DNA of 64,000 bases, taken from a bacterium (GTDB lineage Bacteria; UBA8248). This document shows positions 42,131 to 52,491 of the stretch, piece after piece. The position numbers were made by a program, and so were the translations under genes. Within the stretch, counting starts at the first letter, position 1. Each line of letters starts with the position of its first letter. The notes under the pieces were generated by a model. The model searched no databases, was not told the DNA's origin, and worked only from the letters and a program-made list of their open reading frames with translations. The DNA lies in the NCBI GenBank assembly GCA_965261085.1, contig OZ253442.1, positions 3,008,001 through 3,072,000 of the forward strand, given 5' to 3'.

Positions 42131-43765
42131 TCAAATGCCGCGCGGGCGTTCGGCGGGTTCTTTCGCCTTGCGCCCCTTGCCTGCGGGTTGTCTCATGTTC
42201 TCGGTGAGCTTGAACTTGTTCACCGCGTTCACGAAGGCCTTGGCGCCCGCCTCGACGGTGTCGGGGCTCGTGGCGTGGCCGGCTATCTGCAGGTCGTCCT
42301 CGAACTCCACCAACATGTTCACCTCGGCGAGCGCGTCGCGTCCCCGGGTGACGGCGTTGGCCGAAAAATCCGCCAGGCGGCATTCGACCCCCACGACCCG
42401 GCAGATGGCGTTGATGGCCGCATCCAAGGGGCCGTTGCCCTGACTCACGTCGGAGAAACTCTCCTCGCCCTGCCGGATACGCACCGTGGCCGTGGAGGCC
42501 GGCTGCGTGCCGGTGGAGGACGTGACCTGCAGGAATTCGAGGTTGTAGTAGTTCTCCCCGCCCTCGGCGCGGTTTTGCTGCAACAGCGCAATCAAGTCCT
42601 CGTCATAAACCTCTTTTTTCTTGTCCGCCAGGTCGATGAAGCGCGGGTAGATGGCCGTGATCTCATCGCGCGACATCTTGAAGCCCAACTGCCCGTAGCG
42701 GCTCCTCAAGCCCGCGCGGCCCGAGTGCTTGCCGAGCACGAGCGTGTTCGAGGGCCTGCCCACGGACTGGGGCGTCATGATCTCATACGTTATCGCCTTC
42801 GATATCACCCCGTGCTGGTGGATGCCCGCCTCGTGCGCGAAGGCGTTCTTGCCCACCACCGCCTTGTTGGGCTGTACGGGCACGCCCGTCATGGAGGTCA
42901 GGAGCCTGCTCGTGGGGTAGATCTCGCGCGTCTTGATGCCGGATTTGTAGTTGAGCTCATCCTGGCGCGTGGAGATCGCCATCACGAACTCCTCGAGCGA
43001 GGCGTTGCCCGCCCGCTCGCCGATGCCGTTGATGGTGCATTCCACCTGCCGCACGCCGGATTCGATGGCCACGATGCTGTTCGCCACCGCGAGGCCCAGG
43101 TCGTCGTGGCAGTGCGCGCTGAAGACCACGTCGTCATAGCTCGGCACCTTTTCGAAAATGTGCTCCCAGAAACGCTTGAACTCGCTCGGGATGATGTAGC
43201 CCACCGTGTCGGGGAGGTTGATGGTGGTGGCTCCCTCCTCGATGGCGATTTTGACCGTCTCGACCAGGAAATCCCAATCCGAGCGCGTGGCGTCCTCCGC
43301 ACTCCACTCCACGTCCTCGCACAGGCTTCTCGCATGGCGCACCGAGGCGGCGATCTCTTTCAAGAGCGCCGCGCGCGTCATCTTGAGCTTGTGCTTCAGG
43401 TGAATGTCCGAGGTGGCGATGAAGGTGTGGATTCTGGGTTTTTTCGCGTGGCGCACCGCCTCCCAGCAGCGGTCGATATCCTCGCTCGCGGAGCGCGAAA
43501 GACCCGCGACGACCGTTTTCGTCACCGCCTTGGCCACGTCGCGCACCGATTCGAACTCGTCGTTCGACGCGATGGGAAAACCGGCTTCGATGACGTCCAC
43601 GCCCAGCTTTTCGAGCTGAACCGCCATCTGCACCTTTTGGAAATGGTCCATGCTGCAGCCGGGCGATTGCTCTCCGTCCCTGAGCGTGGTGTCGAAAATG
43701 CGTATTCTATTCAAGGCCCTGCCTCTGGATGGTTTCTTTCGCACCGTCGTGGCTTCTCTTGCCAT
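42131..43765 (-). CDS. leuA: 2-isopropylmalate synthase
   Basis: FDTTLRDGEQSPG, HCHDDLGLAVANS, GIGERAGNA, AHEAGIHQ, C-terminal regulatory domain. Confidence 0.96.
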   Translation of the reverse strand: MAREATTVRKKPSRGRALNRIRIFDTTLRDGEQSPGCSMDHFQKVQMAVQLEKLGVDVIEAGFPIASNDEFESVRDVAKAVTKTVVAGLSRSASEDIDRCWEAVRHAKKPRIHTFIATSDIHLKHKLKMTRAALLKEIAASVRHARSLCEDVEWSAEDATRSDWDFLVETVKIAIEEGATTINLPDTVGYIIPSEFKRFWEHIFEKVPSYDDVVFSAHCHDDLGLAVANSIVAIESGVRQVECTINGIGERAGNASLEEFVMAISTRQDELNYKSGIKTREIYPTSRLLTSMTGVPVQPNKAVVGKNAFAHEAGIHQHGVISKAITYEIMTPQSVGRPSNTLVLGKHSGRAGLRSRYGQLGFKMSRDEITAIYPRFIDLADKKKEVYDEDLIALLQQNRAEGGENYYNLEFLQVTSSTGTQPASTATVRIRQGEESFSDVSQGNGPLDAAINAICRVVGVECRLADFSANAVTRGRDALAEVNMLVEFEDDLQIAGHATSPDTVEAGAKAFVNAVNKFKLTENMRQPAGKGRKAKEPAERPRGI

Positions 43766-44142
43766 GAGTTTAAGGCTCCTTAGGAATTTTTTCTTGAATG
43801 TGCGCCTTGGGCGGAGCGCCTGGTTTTAGTTGTCGGATGGGCGCTTGCGCGCAAGACGGGTGAACGCGCTGGTTTCCTAAGAAGCCAGTGGATGGCGGGG
43901 CGTCTTGAACACGCCCCAGGAACTCCTGCGATCCTGATGCCTCATCGAATCAAAACTCCATATCGCTCAATCAAGCGCGAGGCCGCATGGTTCAACGGGC
44001 GTTGCCCACGCATGTCCCCGCAAAAGCAATACCGATCTTATCCGCCAAGCGCGCGCCGAGGTCAAGTCCCTTTCTTATTTTTTTCGATTCTTCCGGAATC
44101 ACCCCCCGAATGTCCGACGCAAACGCGTATGAAACCGCAGCC

Positions 44143-44904
44143 CTATTGCGCGTACTGCCCGCCGTCCACCACGAGGGCCGAGCCCGTCATGAAGCTCGAG
44201 GCGTCGCTCGCCAGAAAGAGAATCGCACCTTTAAGTTCATCGGGCCGGCCGACGCGCCCCATCGGTATGTGGGCCCTGATCATCCTCTCTCCCGCTTCCG
44301 AGGCGAAGAATTTGCTGTTGATGTCGGTCAGGAAATATCCCGGCGCCAGGGCGTTCACGCGCACGCCCGTCTTCGCCCATTCGAGCGCGAGCGTCTTGGT
44401 GAGCTGAATCAGGCCGCCCTTGCTCGCCGAGTAGGCGGAGAGCATCTTCACGCCGATGAAGCCCGCGACGGAGGCCACGTTCACGATCGACCCACCGCCG
44501 CGCTCGATCATGCCCGGCGCCACGGCCTGGCACATCAGGAACGCGCCCCGCAGGTTCGTCTCCAGCACCTGGTTCCAGCGCTCAATCGGCAGATCGGTGG
44601 CCCAGCCCTCGCCGCTCACGCCGCTGTTGTTCACCAGAATGTCGATGGACCCCAGCGCGTCTTCGACCTCGCGCGCCGCCTCGCGGATGGAGCCGGGATC
44701 CGTCAAATCGCAGGCGACGGCGTGGGCCGTGCGGCCCAGGGCGCGAATCTCCTCCGCCGCCTCGTCGAGCTTCTCTTTTCGCCTCGCCGCCAGTGCGACG
44801 TCGGCGCCAGCTTCGGCCAGCGCATGGGCCATCGCGCGTCCGAGGCCCGTGCCCCCTCCCGTTACCAACGCCCTCTTTCCGCTTAAATCAAATAGTTGTG
44901 GCAA
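44143..44904 (-). CDS. SDR family oxidoreductase
   Basis: TGGGTGLG, NNSG, YSASK, NALAPGYF. Confidence 0.92.
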   Translation of the reverse strand: MPQLFDLSGKRALVTGGGTGLGRAMAHALAEAGADVALAARRKEKLDEAAEEIRALGRTAHAVACDLTDPGSIREAAREVEDALGSIDILVNNSGVSGEGWATDLPIERWNQVLETNLRGAFLMCQAVAPGMIERGGGSIVNVASVAGFIGVKMLSAYSASKGGLIQLTKTLALEWAKTGVRVNALAPGYFLTDINSKFFASEAGERMIRAHIPMGRVGRPDELKGAILFLASDASSFMTGSALVVDGGQYAQ

Positions 44905-44939
44905 TTCACTTTCCCCTGAACGTGAAGTTTCCGTAATTT

Positions 44940-45131
44940 TTGCCCACAGAATTCGTGAATAAGCTGTGGATAAGTCTGTTTGGAGGGCCTCTAAACCCCC
45001 TATTTTCCGTCACTTATTACATATTGACACTTTTTTGAGCAAATCTTTTAAGTTTAATGATATCAATAACATACACTAAATATTCGCCCCATCAGGCCTT
45101 GCGCTTTCGTTTTAAGCATTGTTTTTGCACA
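44940..45131. promoter_or_regulatory. DnaA-box cluster in an AT-rich intergenic region
   Basis: TGTGGATAA at 44965-44973 (perfect), TTTTGCACA at 45123-45131 (fits TTWTNCACA), and near matches at 44940 and 44954. Confidence 0.5.
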
Positions 45132-45182
45132 AGTTTCATGGACGAAATCCTGATTTCGCACCGAATCAAGGCCCCGGATTTT

Positions 45183-45776
45183 TCATTTTTTGCCGCCGGC
45201 ATCGCCCGATATCCCCTCCGATCCCGCCTCGTAAAAGAGCAGACACGTATCCCCGTAGCGCCTCTCGCGCACGAGCCTCGCCTCGCCCGCCTCGCTCCTT
45301 ACCGGAACGCCCCGGGGGGCCTCCATGACTAGGCTTGCGCATAGCGGCTCAGGCGTGAAGACGGCCTCGAGCACACGCAAGCGCAGCGCCTCTTCGCGCC
45401 AGGGCGGATCGGCGAAGGCCAGATCGAACTTGCGCGGAGGATCCACCCGGATCCGCCCGATCTCGTGGGTCACGTCCGCGCAGCGCACCTCGAAGCCTTC
45501 GGCCAGGCCCAAGGTTTCGGCGTTTCGCCGCATCGCCTCGCAAAGGCGCGGGTTTTTCTCCACCGCGAGAACGCCGGCCGCGCCCCGGCTGAGCGCCTCA
45601 AGCGATATCGCGCCCGAGCCCGCGCACAAATCGAGCACGTACGCGCCGGTAACCGCACCCCCCCAGATGTTGAACAGCGCCTCGCGCACGCGCTCCCCCG
45701 TGGGCCGCACATCGGCTTCTTCGGGTGACGGAATCCTCCGGCTCCTTGCCGCGCCACCGATGATTCTGAGCGACAT
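45183..45776 (-). CDS. rsmD: 16S rRNA m2G966 methyltransferase
   Basis: LRIIGG, RPTGERVREALFN, LDLCAGSG, EALSRGA, DPPW. Confidence 0.92.
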   Translation of the reverse strand: MSLRIIGGAARSRRIPSPEEADVRPTGERVREALFNIWGGAVTGAYVLDLCAGSGAISLEALSRGAAGVLAVEKNPRLCEAMRRNAETLGLAEGFEVRCADVTHEIGRIRVDPPRKFDLAFADPPWREEALRLRVLEAVFTPEPLCASLVMEAPRGVPVRSEAGEARLVRERRYGDTCLLFYEAGSEGISGDAGGKK

Positions 45777-45784
45777 AAATAATC

Positions 45785-46693
45785 TCAGAGTCGCTCGAAG
45801 TGAGCCAGTTCGCCAAAGGCCCGGTAGCGCGCGTCAATCTCCTCGCTCGTGAGGGCGCGCATGCGGTCGTAGCTGAACGATTCCACGTTGAACGACGCCA
45901 TGACGCTGCCGAAGACGACCGCCTTGCGCATTCCCGCCTCGCTCAGATCGCCCGTGGCCGCCAGATGGCCCATGAAGCCGCCCGCGAAGCTGTCGCCCGC
46001 ACCCGTAGGGTCGCAGACCTCTTCAATCGGGAGTCCGGGAGCGGAGAACACCCCGTCCTCATGAAAGAGCAGCGCGCCGTATTCGCCCTGTTTCACCACG
46101 AGAGTCCTGGGGCCTATCTCGCGAATCCTGCGCGCGGCCCGCGCGATGTTCGCCTCGCCCGAGAGGGCGCGCGCCTCCGCGTCGTTGATGACGACCAGAT
46201 CGACCATCGAGAGGGTCTCGAGCAACGCCTCGCGCCTGCCCTCGATCCAGAAGTTCATGGTGTCGCACGCCACGAGCCGGGGCGAGTTCGCCTGTGAGAC
46301 GACGGCGGCCTGAAGCTCGGGGTCGATGTTCGCCAGAAACACGAATTCGGTGTCTTTGAAATTATCCGGCAGGTTGGGCGAGAAGCGCTCGAAGACGTTT
46401 AGCTGCGTGTCGAGCGTGTGGGCGGTGTTCAAATCGAACCCGTATTCCCCCTTCCAGCGGAACGTCTCCCCCTCGCTTCGCTCGATGCCCGAGATGTCGA
46501 TTTTGCGCTCTTTCAGGAACGCGAGCGTATCTTCGGGGAAATCCGCCCCCACGACGGCCACGAGCCGCACGTCCGTGAAATAGCTCGCCGCCACCGAGAA
46601 ATAGGTGGCCGAACCGCCCACCGCTTCCTCGCGCTCGCCGAAGGGCGTTTTCACCGAATCAATCGCCATGGAACCGACCACCAGAAGACTCAT
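45785..46693 (-). CDS. PfkB family carbohydrate/nucleoside kinase
   Basis: GGSATY, DPTGAGDSFAGG. Confidence 0.9.
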   Translation of the reverse strand: MSLLVVGSMAIDSVKTPFGEREEAVGGSATYFSVAASYFTDVRLVAVVGADFPEDTLAFLKERKIDISGIERSEGETFRWKGEYGFDLNTAHTLDTQLNVFERFSPNLPDNFKDTEFVFLANIDPELQAAVVSQANSPRLVACDTMNFWIEGRREALLETLSMVDLVVINDAEARALSGEANIARAARRIREIGPRTLVVKQGEYGALLFHEDGVFSAPGLPIEEVCDPTGAGDSFAGGFMGHLAATGDLSEAGMRKAVVFGSVMASFNVESFSYDRMRALTSEEIDARYRAFGELAHFERL

Positions 46694-46974
46694 CTTTCCC
46701 CCACCTTGAAATTTTGATACTGGCGGACACATGCTGCCATTTCGGCTCAGCGCCGCCTCTCCCGCCCGGGTAGACCACGCCCGAGAGGCGCGTCCGTTTC
46801 CATCTCGTTCTTTAGGACGCCAACTCTAACTTCAAAGCGCGCGCGTTTCAAAGGGGATACCCATTTCGGGGCGAAATATGTTTTAATAGCGCCAAAGTCG
46901 CGAGAAGAGACGGAAAACGCTTCCGGGAGGAGCGTTCGTAGTTTTCTCCCGTTCACAAGCAAAGGCAAAGCCTC

Positions 46975-48072
46975 ATGGATGCAAAACACCCCCTCGCCAC
47001 GCGCGAGGAGTTGGCGAATCTCGATTTCTTCACCGATCTGGCCGACCGTTACCTCGCCGTCGACGGTCTGGAAGCGCGCTGGGTGAGCTTCACCAAAAAA
47101 GAGATTCTCCCCGACAAGAAAATCGCTGAGCGGATGCACTATCTGGTCTCCTTGGCCCGTGCGGTCGAGGAGACGCTCGATTCCGCCTTCCGCTCAGGCC
47201 ACATCCCCGGCACCGCCTTTTTCGGCAGGGGAAACGAGGGCGCAAGCGTCGCCAGCGCCATGTGCCTGGAAGATCACGAATGGCTCGTGCCCATGCACCG
47301 AAACTGCGGCGCGCACCTCGCCAAGGGCCATCCGCTCAAGAGCATCATGTCGCATTTCTTCGGACGCGCCGACGGCCCCTCGGGCGGGCGCGACGGGAAT
47401 TTTCACATGGGCTACCGGCCCAAGCGGATCATCCAGCTCATCAGCCACATCGGCACCATGGTGCCCATCGCAACCGGCGTGGCATGGGCGGCCAAGGCGC
47501 GCGGCAAGGGCGAGGCCACCATCAACTACATCGGTGACGGCGGCACGAGCTCGGGCGATTTCCACGAGGCGGTGAACTTCGCCGCCGTGAGAAAACTCCC
47601 CCTCGTCATCGTCATCGACAACAACCAGTACGCATTCAAGACGCTTTTGAGCGACCAGTACGCATGCGACGCACTGGTGCTCAAAGCCCCCGGCTACGGG
47701 ATTCCGGGCTTTCTCATCGACGGCACGAACGCGCCCCTGGTGCGCCACGTGTGCGAGCAGGCGCTCGCGCGCGCGAGGGCGGGCGGCGGCCCCACCTTGA
47801 TCGAGAGCATCACGCTGCGCGCCGCGGGCCATTCGGTGTACGATAAATTTTCCGACTACGTGGATATGGAGCACTTTGAGAAATGGACCAACGAGCGCGA
47901 CCCCATCAAGCGGCTCGGCGAGGCGTTCATCGAGTTCGGCGTCATGACGGCGGAAGAAGTCGCCGCCTCGCACGAGAAAGCGAAACGAGACGCGGAAGAC
48001 GCGCGCGATGAGGCCCTTAAAAGCCCGATGCCGGACCCCGCGCACCTGACCGAGGGAGTGTTCGCCGAATGA
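46975..48072 (+). CDS. 2-oxoacid dehydrogenase E1 alpha subunit
   Basis: TPP motif GDGG...IDNNQYA; RAAGHS. Confidence 0.9.
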   Translation: MDAKHPLATREELANLDFFTDLADRYLAVDGLEARWVSFTKKEILPDKKIAERMHYLVSLARAVEETLDSAFRSGHIPGTAFFGRGNEGASVASAMCLEDHEWLVPMHRNCGAHLAKGHPLKSIMSHFFGRADGPSGGRDGNFHMGYRPKRIIQLISHIGTMVPIATGVAWAAKARGKGEATINYIGDGGTSSGDFHEAVNFAAVRKLPLVIVIDNNQYAFKTLLSDQYACDALVLKAPGYGIPGFLIDGTNAPLVRHVCEQALARARAGGGPTLIESITLRAAGHSVYDKFSDYVDMEHFEKWTNERDPIKRLGEAFIEFGVMTAEEVAASHEKAKRDAEDARDEALKSPMPDPAHLTEGVFAE

Positions 48073-49061
48073 TTACCTACCGCGAAGCACTGAGCGCCGC
48101 CATGTGGGAGGAGATGGAGCGCGATGAGGAAGTGTTTCTCATGGGCGAGGACATCGGCCTGGGCGGCGGGGCCTTCAACATCACTAAAGGGTTCATGGAG
48201 AAATTCGGGCGCGACCGCGTGGTGGACGTCCCCCTGAGCGAAGCAGGCTTCACGGGCGCCGCCATCGGCGCCGCCCTGTGCGGCATGCGGCCCGTGGTGG
48301 AGTTTCAGTTCGCCGATTTCGTCACCGAATCCTACAAGATGATCGTGGATTACGCGGCCGGAAACCATTACCGCCAAATGGGGCCTGTGCCCATCGTCCT
48401 GCGCCTGCCGGCGGCTGCCCTCGTGAGCGCGGGCCCGTTCCACAGCCAGAACCCCGAGATATGGTTCTTCGGAACGCCGGGCCTCAAGATCGTAGCGCCC
48501 ACGACCGCCCACGACGCCAAGGGAATGCTCAAAGAAGCGATTCGAGACCCCAACCCCGTCATCTTCATCGAGTACAAAAAATTCTATAACTACCCGGTGG
48601 CCGAGTTGCCCGAAGTCTTGAGGCCCGAAATCCCCGAAGACGACTACACCGTGCCATTCGGCGAGGCGAAAACCCTGCGCGAGGGGGATGACATCTCGCT
48701 CGTCACCTTCGGCACAACGGTGCTAGAAGCCTTGGAAGCGGCGGACGTGCTCGAGGCCGAGGGCGTGTCGGTCGAGGTCATCGACCTCAGAACCCTGGTT
48801 CCGCTCGACAAGGAAGCGATAATCGAAAGCGCCAAGAAAACGGGAAAAATCCTCTTCCTGCACGAGGCGAGAAAACGAGGGGGAGTGGGAGGCGAGTTGG
48901 CCGCCATCGTGGCGGAGGAGGTCTTTGAATATCTCGACGCCCCCATCCGCCGCCTCGGCGCGCCGGATACCCACGTACCGCTCAGCCCCCCGCTCGAGCG
49001 CGCCTACCTGCCCAGCACGGAGAAGGTGGTGAACGAATTGCGCGATCTCGCCGCGTTCTAG
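48069..49061 (+). CDS. 2-oxoacid dehydrogenase E1 beta subunit
   Basis: MGEDIG, PLSEAG, EFQFADF, HSQNPE, IDLRTLVPLD. Confidence 0.93.
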   Translation: MITYREALSAAMWEEMERDEEVFLMGEDIGLGGGAFNITKGFMEKFGRDRVVDVPLSEAGFTGAAIGAALCGMRPVVEFQFADFVTESYKMIVDYAAGNHYRQMGPVPIVLRLPAAALVSAGPFHSQNPEIWFFGTPGLKIVAPTTAHDAKGMLKEAIRDPNPVIFIEYKKFYNYPVAELPEVLRPEIPEDDYTVPFGEAKTLREGDDISLVTFGTTVLEALEAADVLEAEGVSVEVIDLRTLVPLDKEAIIESAKKTGKILFLHEARKRGGVGGELAAIVAEEVFEYLDAPIRRLGAPDTHVPLSPPLERAYLPSTEKVVNELRDLAAF

Positions 49062-49143
49062 CCCGCCGGTTCATCTGGCGCATTTCCGGATTTTCGAGTA
49101 AAACAAATTTTCGATTGCATCCAACACGCTTGAGGGAGCCTGC

Positions 49144-50418
49144 ATGTACACCGCGCGCATCAGAATGCCCCGCATGGGAACCAGCGTGCACGAGAGCACG
49201 GTGGTGGCCTGGAAAAAGGCGGTGGGCGATGCGGTGGCAAAGGGCGAGGTGCTGCTTTCGGCGGAGAGCGACAAGGTGGAATTCGAGGTCGAGGCTCCCG
49301 CCGACGGTGTGATAACGGAAATCCTCACCGAAGCGGAACAGACGGTGCCCGTGGGCGAAGTGCTGGCGACCATGGAGACCGAAACCGAGGTCGCCGATGA
49401 GACGCCCGTCCAAGACACGGGCGCAAGCGACGATTGGGCCGCCCCGGTCGCACCGTTGCAGCCGAGGGAGAAACCCGTAATACCGCCACCTCAGGCGCGA
49501 AAAGCCCCCCTCCCCTCGGACAAGAAAACGTGGCTCTCTCCCCGCGTTCAGAACCTCGCCGCCGCGCATGGGGTCGGCCTGGACGTACTTGCGGGAATCG
49601 AGGGCACGGGAGCGGGCGGGCGCGTCCGCGCGCGCGACGTGGAGGCGTTCATCGCGGGAGGCGGCATACCGCCCAGAATAGAGATGTCCTCGGAGCCGCT
49701 CAGCGAGAACCGGGATGAGCGCGCCGAGCCCCTCAGCAGGATCAGGAAGCGAATCGCCGAAAACCTCACCCGTTCGGTGCGCGAAATTCCCCAGGTCACC
49801 AGTTGGCTCGATGTGGACATGGGAGGTGCGTCGGCCTTTCGGGACGCGAACAAACAAGCGTTTTACGATAAACACGGCTGCCGCCTCACTTACACGCCTT
49901 TTTTCATCATGGCTATCGTCCATGCGCTCAGAAACGCCGATAACGAACGCTTCAGCGCCACGTTCGCAGACGACGCCCTCACCATCAAGCGCTTCCTGAA
50001 TCTGGGGGTCGCCGTTGACTCACCGGGCGGCCTCGTGGTTCCCGTGCTCAAATCGGCGGATTCCATGAACCTGGTGGAACTCTCCGCCCGGCTCGTGGAT
50101 CTGGCCGCCCGCGCGCGGGAGGGCGCGCTCACGCCCGACGACGCGCAGGGCGGGACGCTCACGCTCACGAATTTCGGGGCTTCGGGCGCCCTGGGCGGCA
50201 ACCCCATCATCAACCCGCCCGAGGTGGCCATCATCGGCACGGGCGCTATCGCACCGCGCCCCGTGGCGCTCGCAAACGGCGCGACCTCGGTGCGGCCCAT
50301 GATGACTCTGGCGATAACCTTCGATCACCGCGTGAACGACGGCATGGCGGCGGGCAGGTATATTTCCGATATCCGCGCGGCGCTCGAGAATATGAATTTA
50401 TCCCTTTTGGAGTATTGA
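49144..50418 (+). CDS. Dihydrolipoamide acyltransferase E2
   Basis: Lipoyl motif ESDKV, E3-binding GTGAGGRV, catalytic DHRVNDG. Confidence 0.93.
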   Translation: MYTARIRMPRMGTSVHESTVVAWKKAVGDAVAKGEVLLSAESDKVEFEVEAPADGVITEILTEAEQTVPVGEVLATMETETEVADETPVQDTGASDDWAAPVAPLQPREKPVIPPPQARKAPLPSDKKTWLSPRVQNLAAAHGVGLDVLAGIEGTGAGGRVRARDVEAFIAGGGIPPRIEMSSEPLSENRDERAEPLSRIRKRIAENLTRSVREIPQVTSWLDVDMGGASAFRDANKQAFYDKHGCRLTYTPFFIMAIVHALRNADNERFSATFADDALTIKRFLNLGVAVDSPGGLVVPVLKSADSMNLVELSARLVDLAARAREGALTPDDAQGGTLTLTNFGASGALGGNPIINPPEVAIIGTGAIAPRPVALANGATSVRPMMTLAITFDHRVNDGMAAGRYISDIRAALENMNLSLLEY

Positions 50419-50499
50419 ATACTGGAATCCCGTAGCCGGAGCCTGCGTTCCCTTGCGTCCGGCGAGCGGCCACACGACTACAAGGAGTATGAAAATATC

Positions 50500-51414
50500 A
50501 TGGCCAGACCCGACATCGACACCCCCTTGCGCTCCATGCTCTTCATCCCCGGATCGAGCGAGAAGATGGTGGGTAAAGGACCCACCATCGAGGCGGACGC
50601 CGCCCTGTTCGATCTCGAGGATTCCGTCGCCCCCCAGATGAAGGAAGAGGCGCGAAAACTCGTGCGCGCAGGCATCGCGGAGACGATGAACGCGCCGAAC
50701 GGCCCCTCCACCATCCTGGTGCGCGTGAACGACGTGGAATCGGGCATGCTGGATGAAGACATCGACGCCATCATGACGGAGGGCCTGGACGGCATCTTTC
50801 TCCCCAAGCCGGAGGGTGCTGCGGACGTGCGGACGGCGGATGCTTTATTGGCGAAATACGAGCGTGAGCGCGGATTGACCGAAGGCGGCATCGGCATCAT
50901 CGCGCAGATCGAGAGCGCCTCGGGCGTGGTGCATTGCTACGACATTTGCCAGGCGGCCGACCGCGTCGTGGGCGTGAACCTTGGTAGTGCGGAGGATGCG
51001 GATCTGTGCCGCAGCCTGGGGGCCACCTGGACCGAAGACGGCACGACGATCCTCTACACGCGAAGCAAGGTGCTCGTCGAGGCGCGCGCCGCGCGTCTGC
51101 CCCACCCCACCGACGGCGTCTACATGCGGCTGCAGGACGACGAGGGCTGCCGGGCGGATGCGGAGTTCGCCAAAAAACTCGGCTACACCGGCAAGGCGGC
51201 CATCCACCCGAGGCAGGTGCCGATTTTCAACGAGGTCTACTCGCCGAGCGAGGAGGAAGTCTCCTACTACACCGAGATGGCCGAAGCCTACCGGGAGGGC
51301 GAGGCGCAAGGCCTTGGAGCCGTATCGTTCAAGGGCAAGATGATCGATATCGCCATGGTCAAGCACGCCGAGAACGTGCTCGCGCGCGCCCGCGCCATCG
51401 CCGAAAGAGCATAG
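50500..51414 (+). CDS. CitE/HpcH family CoA-ester lyase
   Basis: RSMLFIPG, FDLEDSVA, LPKPE, GKAAIHPRQV, GKMID. Confidence 0.9.
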   Translation: MARPDIDTPLRSMLFIPGSSEKMVGKGPTIEADAALFDLEDSVAPQMKEEARKLVRAGIAETMNAPNGPSTILVRVNDVESGMLDEDIDAIMTEGLDGIFLPKPEGAADVRTADALLAKYERERGLTEGGIGIIAQIESASGVVHCYDICQAADRVVGVNLGSAEDADLCRSLGATWTEDGTTILYTRSKVLVEARAARLPHPTDGVYMRLQDDEGCRADAEFAKKLGYTGKAAIHPRQVPIFNEVYSPSEEEVSYYTEMAEAYREGEAQGLGAVSFKGKMIDIAMVKHAENVLARARAIAERA

Positions 51415-51423
51415 GCTGCGCGC

Positions 51424-52449
51424 ATGACGGACACATCAGACCCCATCGAGCATTTTTTCGCGCAACCCTGGTCCGACGGCCTGCCCGTCGTGGTCCCGAC
51501 CGAAGAGCGTCTGGTGGACATGCTGGGAAAACACGCGCCTGATGCGCTCATCGGCCACGTACCGCCCGCGAACCACCCGGCCACCGTGGAGGCAGTCGCC
51601 CTTCACGCCGTCATGGCGGGTTGCAAGCCGGAATACCTGCCCGCTCTCCTTTGCGCGCTCTCCTGCATTCTGGACACGCGCTTCAACATGAACGGCATTC
51701 AGGCCACGATGAACCCCGCAGGCCCCCTCATCATCATGAACGGCCCCTATGCGAGAGAGATAGGCGTACACGGCGGCACGGGCTGTCTGGGACCGGGCTT
51801 TCGGGCCAACGCCACCATCGGCCGCGCGCTCAGGCTCATGCTCTTGAACCTGGGCGGCGGGGTTCCCGGCGTGGTGGACATGAGCACGTTCGGCAGCCCC
51901 AGCAAGTTCGCCTACTGCCTGCGCGAGAACGAGGAAATCAGTCCCTGGCCCTCGCTGGCCGAAGAACGCGGATTCACGAAGGAGGAGAACGTCGTCACCG
52001 CCTGCGCGGGGGAAGGCCCGCGCGTGGCTTTGGATGATTCGAGCGATCACCCGGACGGGGTGCTCACCACGATAGCGAGCACCATCTCCACCATGGGCAC
52101 GCGCCACGCCTACTCGCCCGTGGGCGTCACGGTGCTCATGGGCCCCGAACACGCGCAACTCTTGGCGGACAAGGGATTCAGCAGAGACGACGCGAAGCGC
52201 GGGCTGCAGGAACGCGCCCATCTGCCCGTGGGACTGCTCAAGCGCGGCGGACGCTACCGGGGAAAAGAGAAAAGCGAATGGCCCGAATGGGTGGATCATG
52301 ACGATGATGACTGCATGGCGCCCATGATTCGGGGGCCCGAGGACGTAACCCTCCTCGTGGCGGGCGGTCTGCCCGGGCCGTCCACCTTCGTCATCCCGGG
52401 ATGGAACAACACGAACCAACCCGTCTCCAAGGCGTTTGTGGTGGAGTAG
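51424..52449 (+). CDS. Conserved hypothetical protein (WSDGLP...AVMAGC family)
   Basis: WSDGLPVVVPT, AVMAGCKPEYLP, RANATIGRALRL; a family I recognise, with unknown function. Confidence 0.75.
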   Translation: MTDTSDPIEHFFAQPWSDGLPVVVPTEERLVDMLGKHAPDALIGHVPPANHPATVEAVALHAVMAGCKPEYLPALLCALSCILDTRFNMNGIQATMNPAGPLIIMNGPYAREIGVHGGTGCLGPGFRANATIGRALRLMLLNLGGGVPGVVDMSTFGSPSKFAYCLRENEEISPWPSLAEERGFTKEENVVTACAGEGPRVALDDSSDHPDGVLTTIASTISTMGTRHAYSPVGVTVLMGPEHAQLLADKGFSRDDAKRGLQERAHLPVGLLKRGGRYRGKEKSEWPEWVDHDDDDCMAPMIRGPEDVTLLVAGGLPGPSTFVIPGWNNTNQPVSKAFVVE

Positions 52450-52491
52450 CCGCTAGCCAAGGATTCTAGGTGCTAGTCACGCGCGCTCATC

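Noticed and set aside
41993-43783. 596-aa plus-strand ORF and similar long ORFs (1200-2279, 6695-7681, 9038-10165, 43987-44886)
   Set aside because: They are antisense shadows of well-supported genes in GC-rich DNA.
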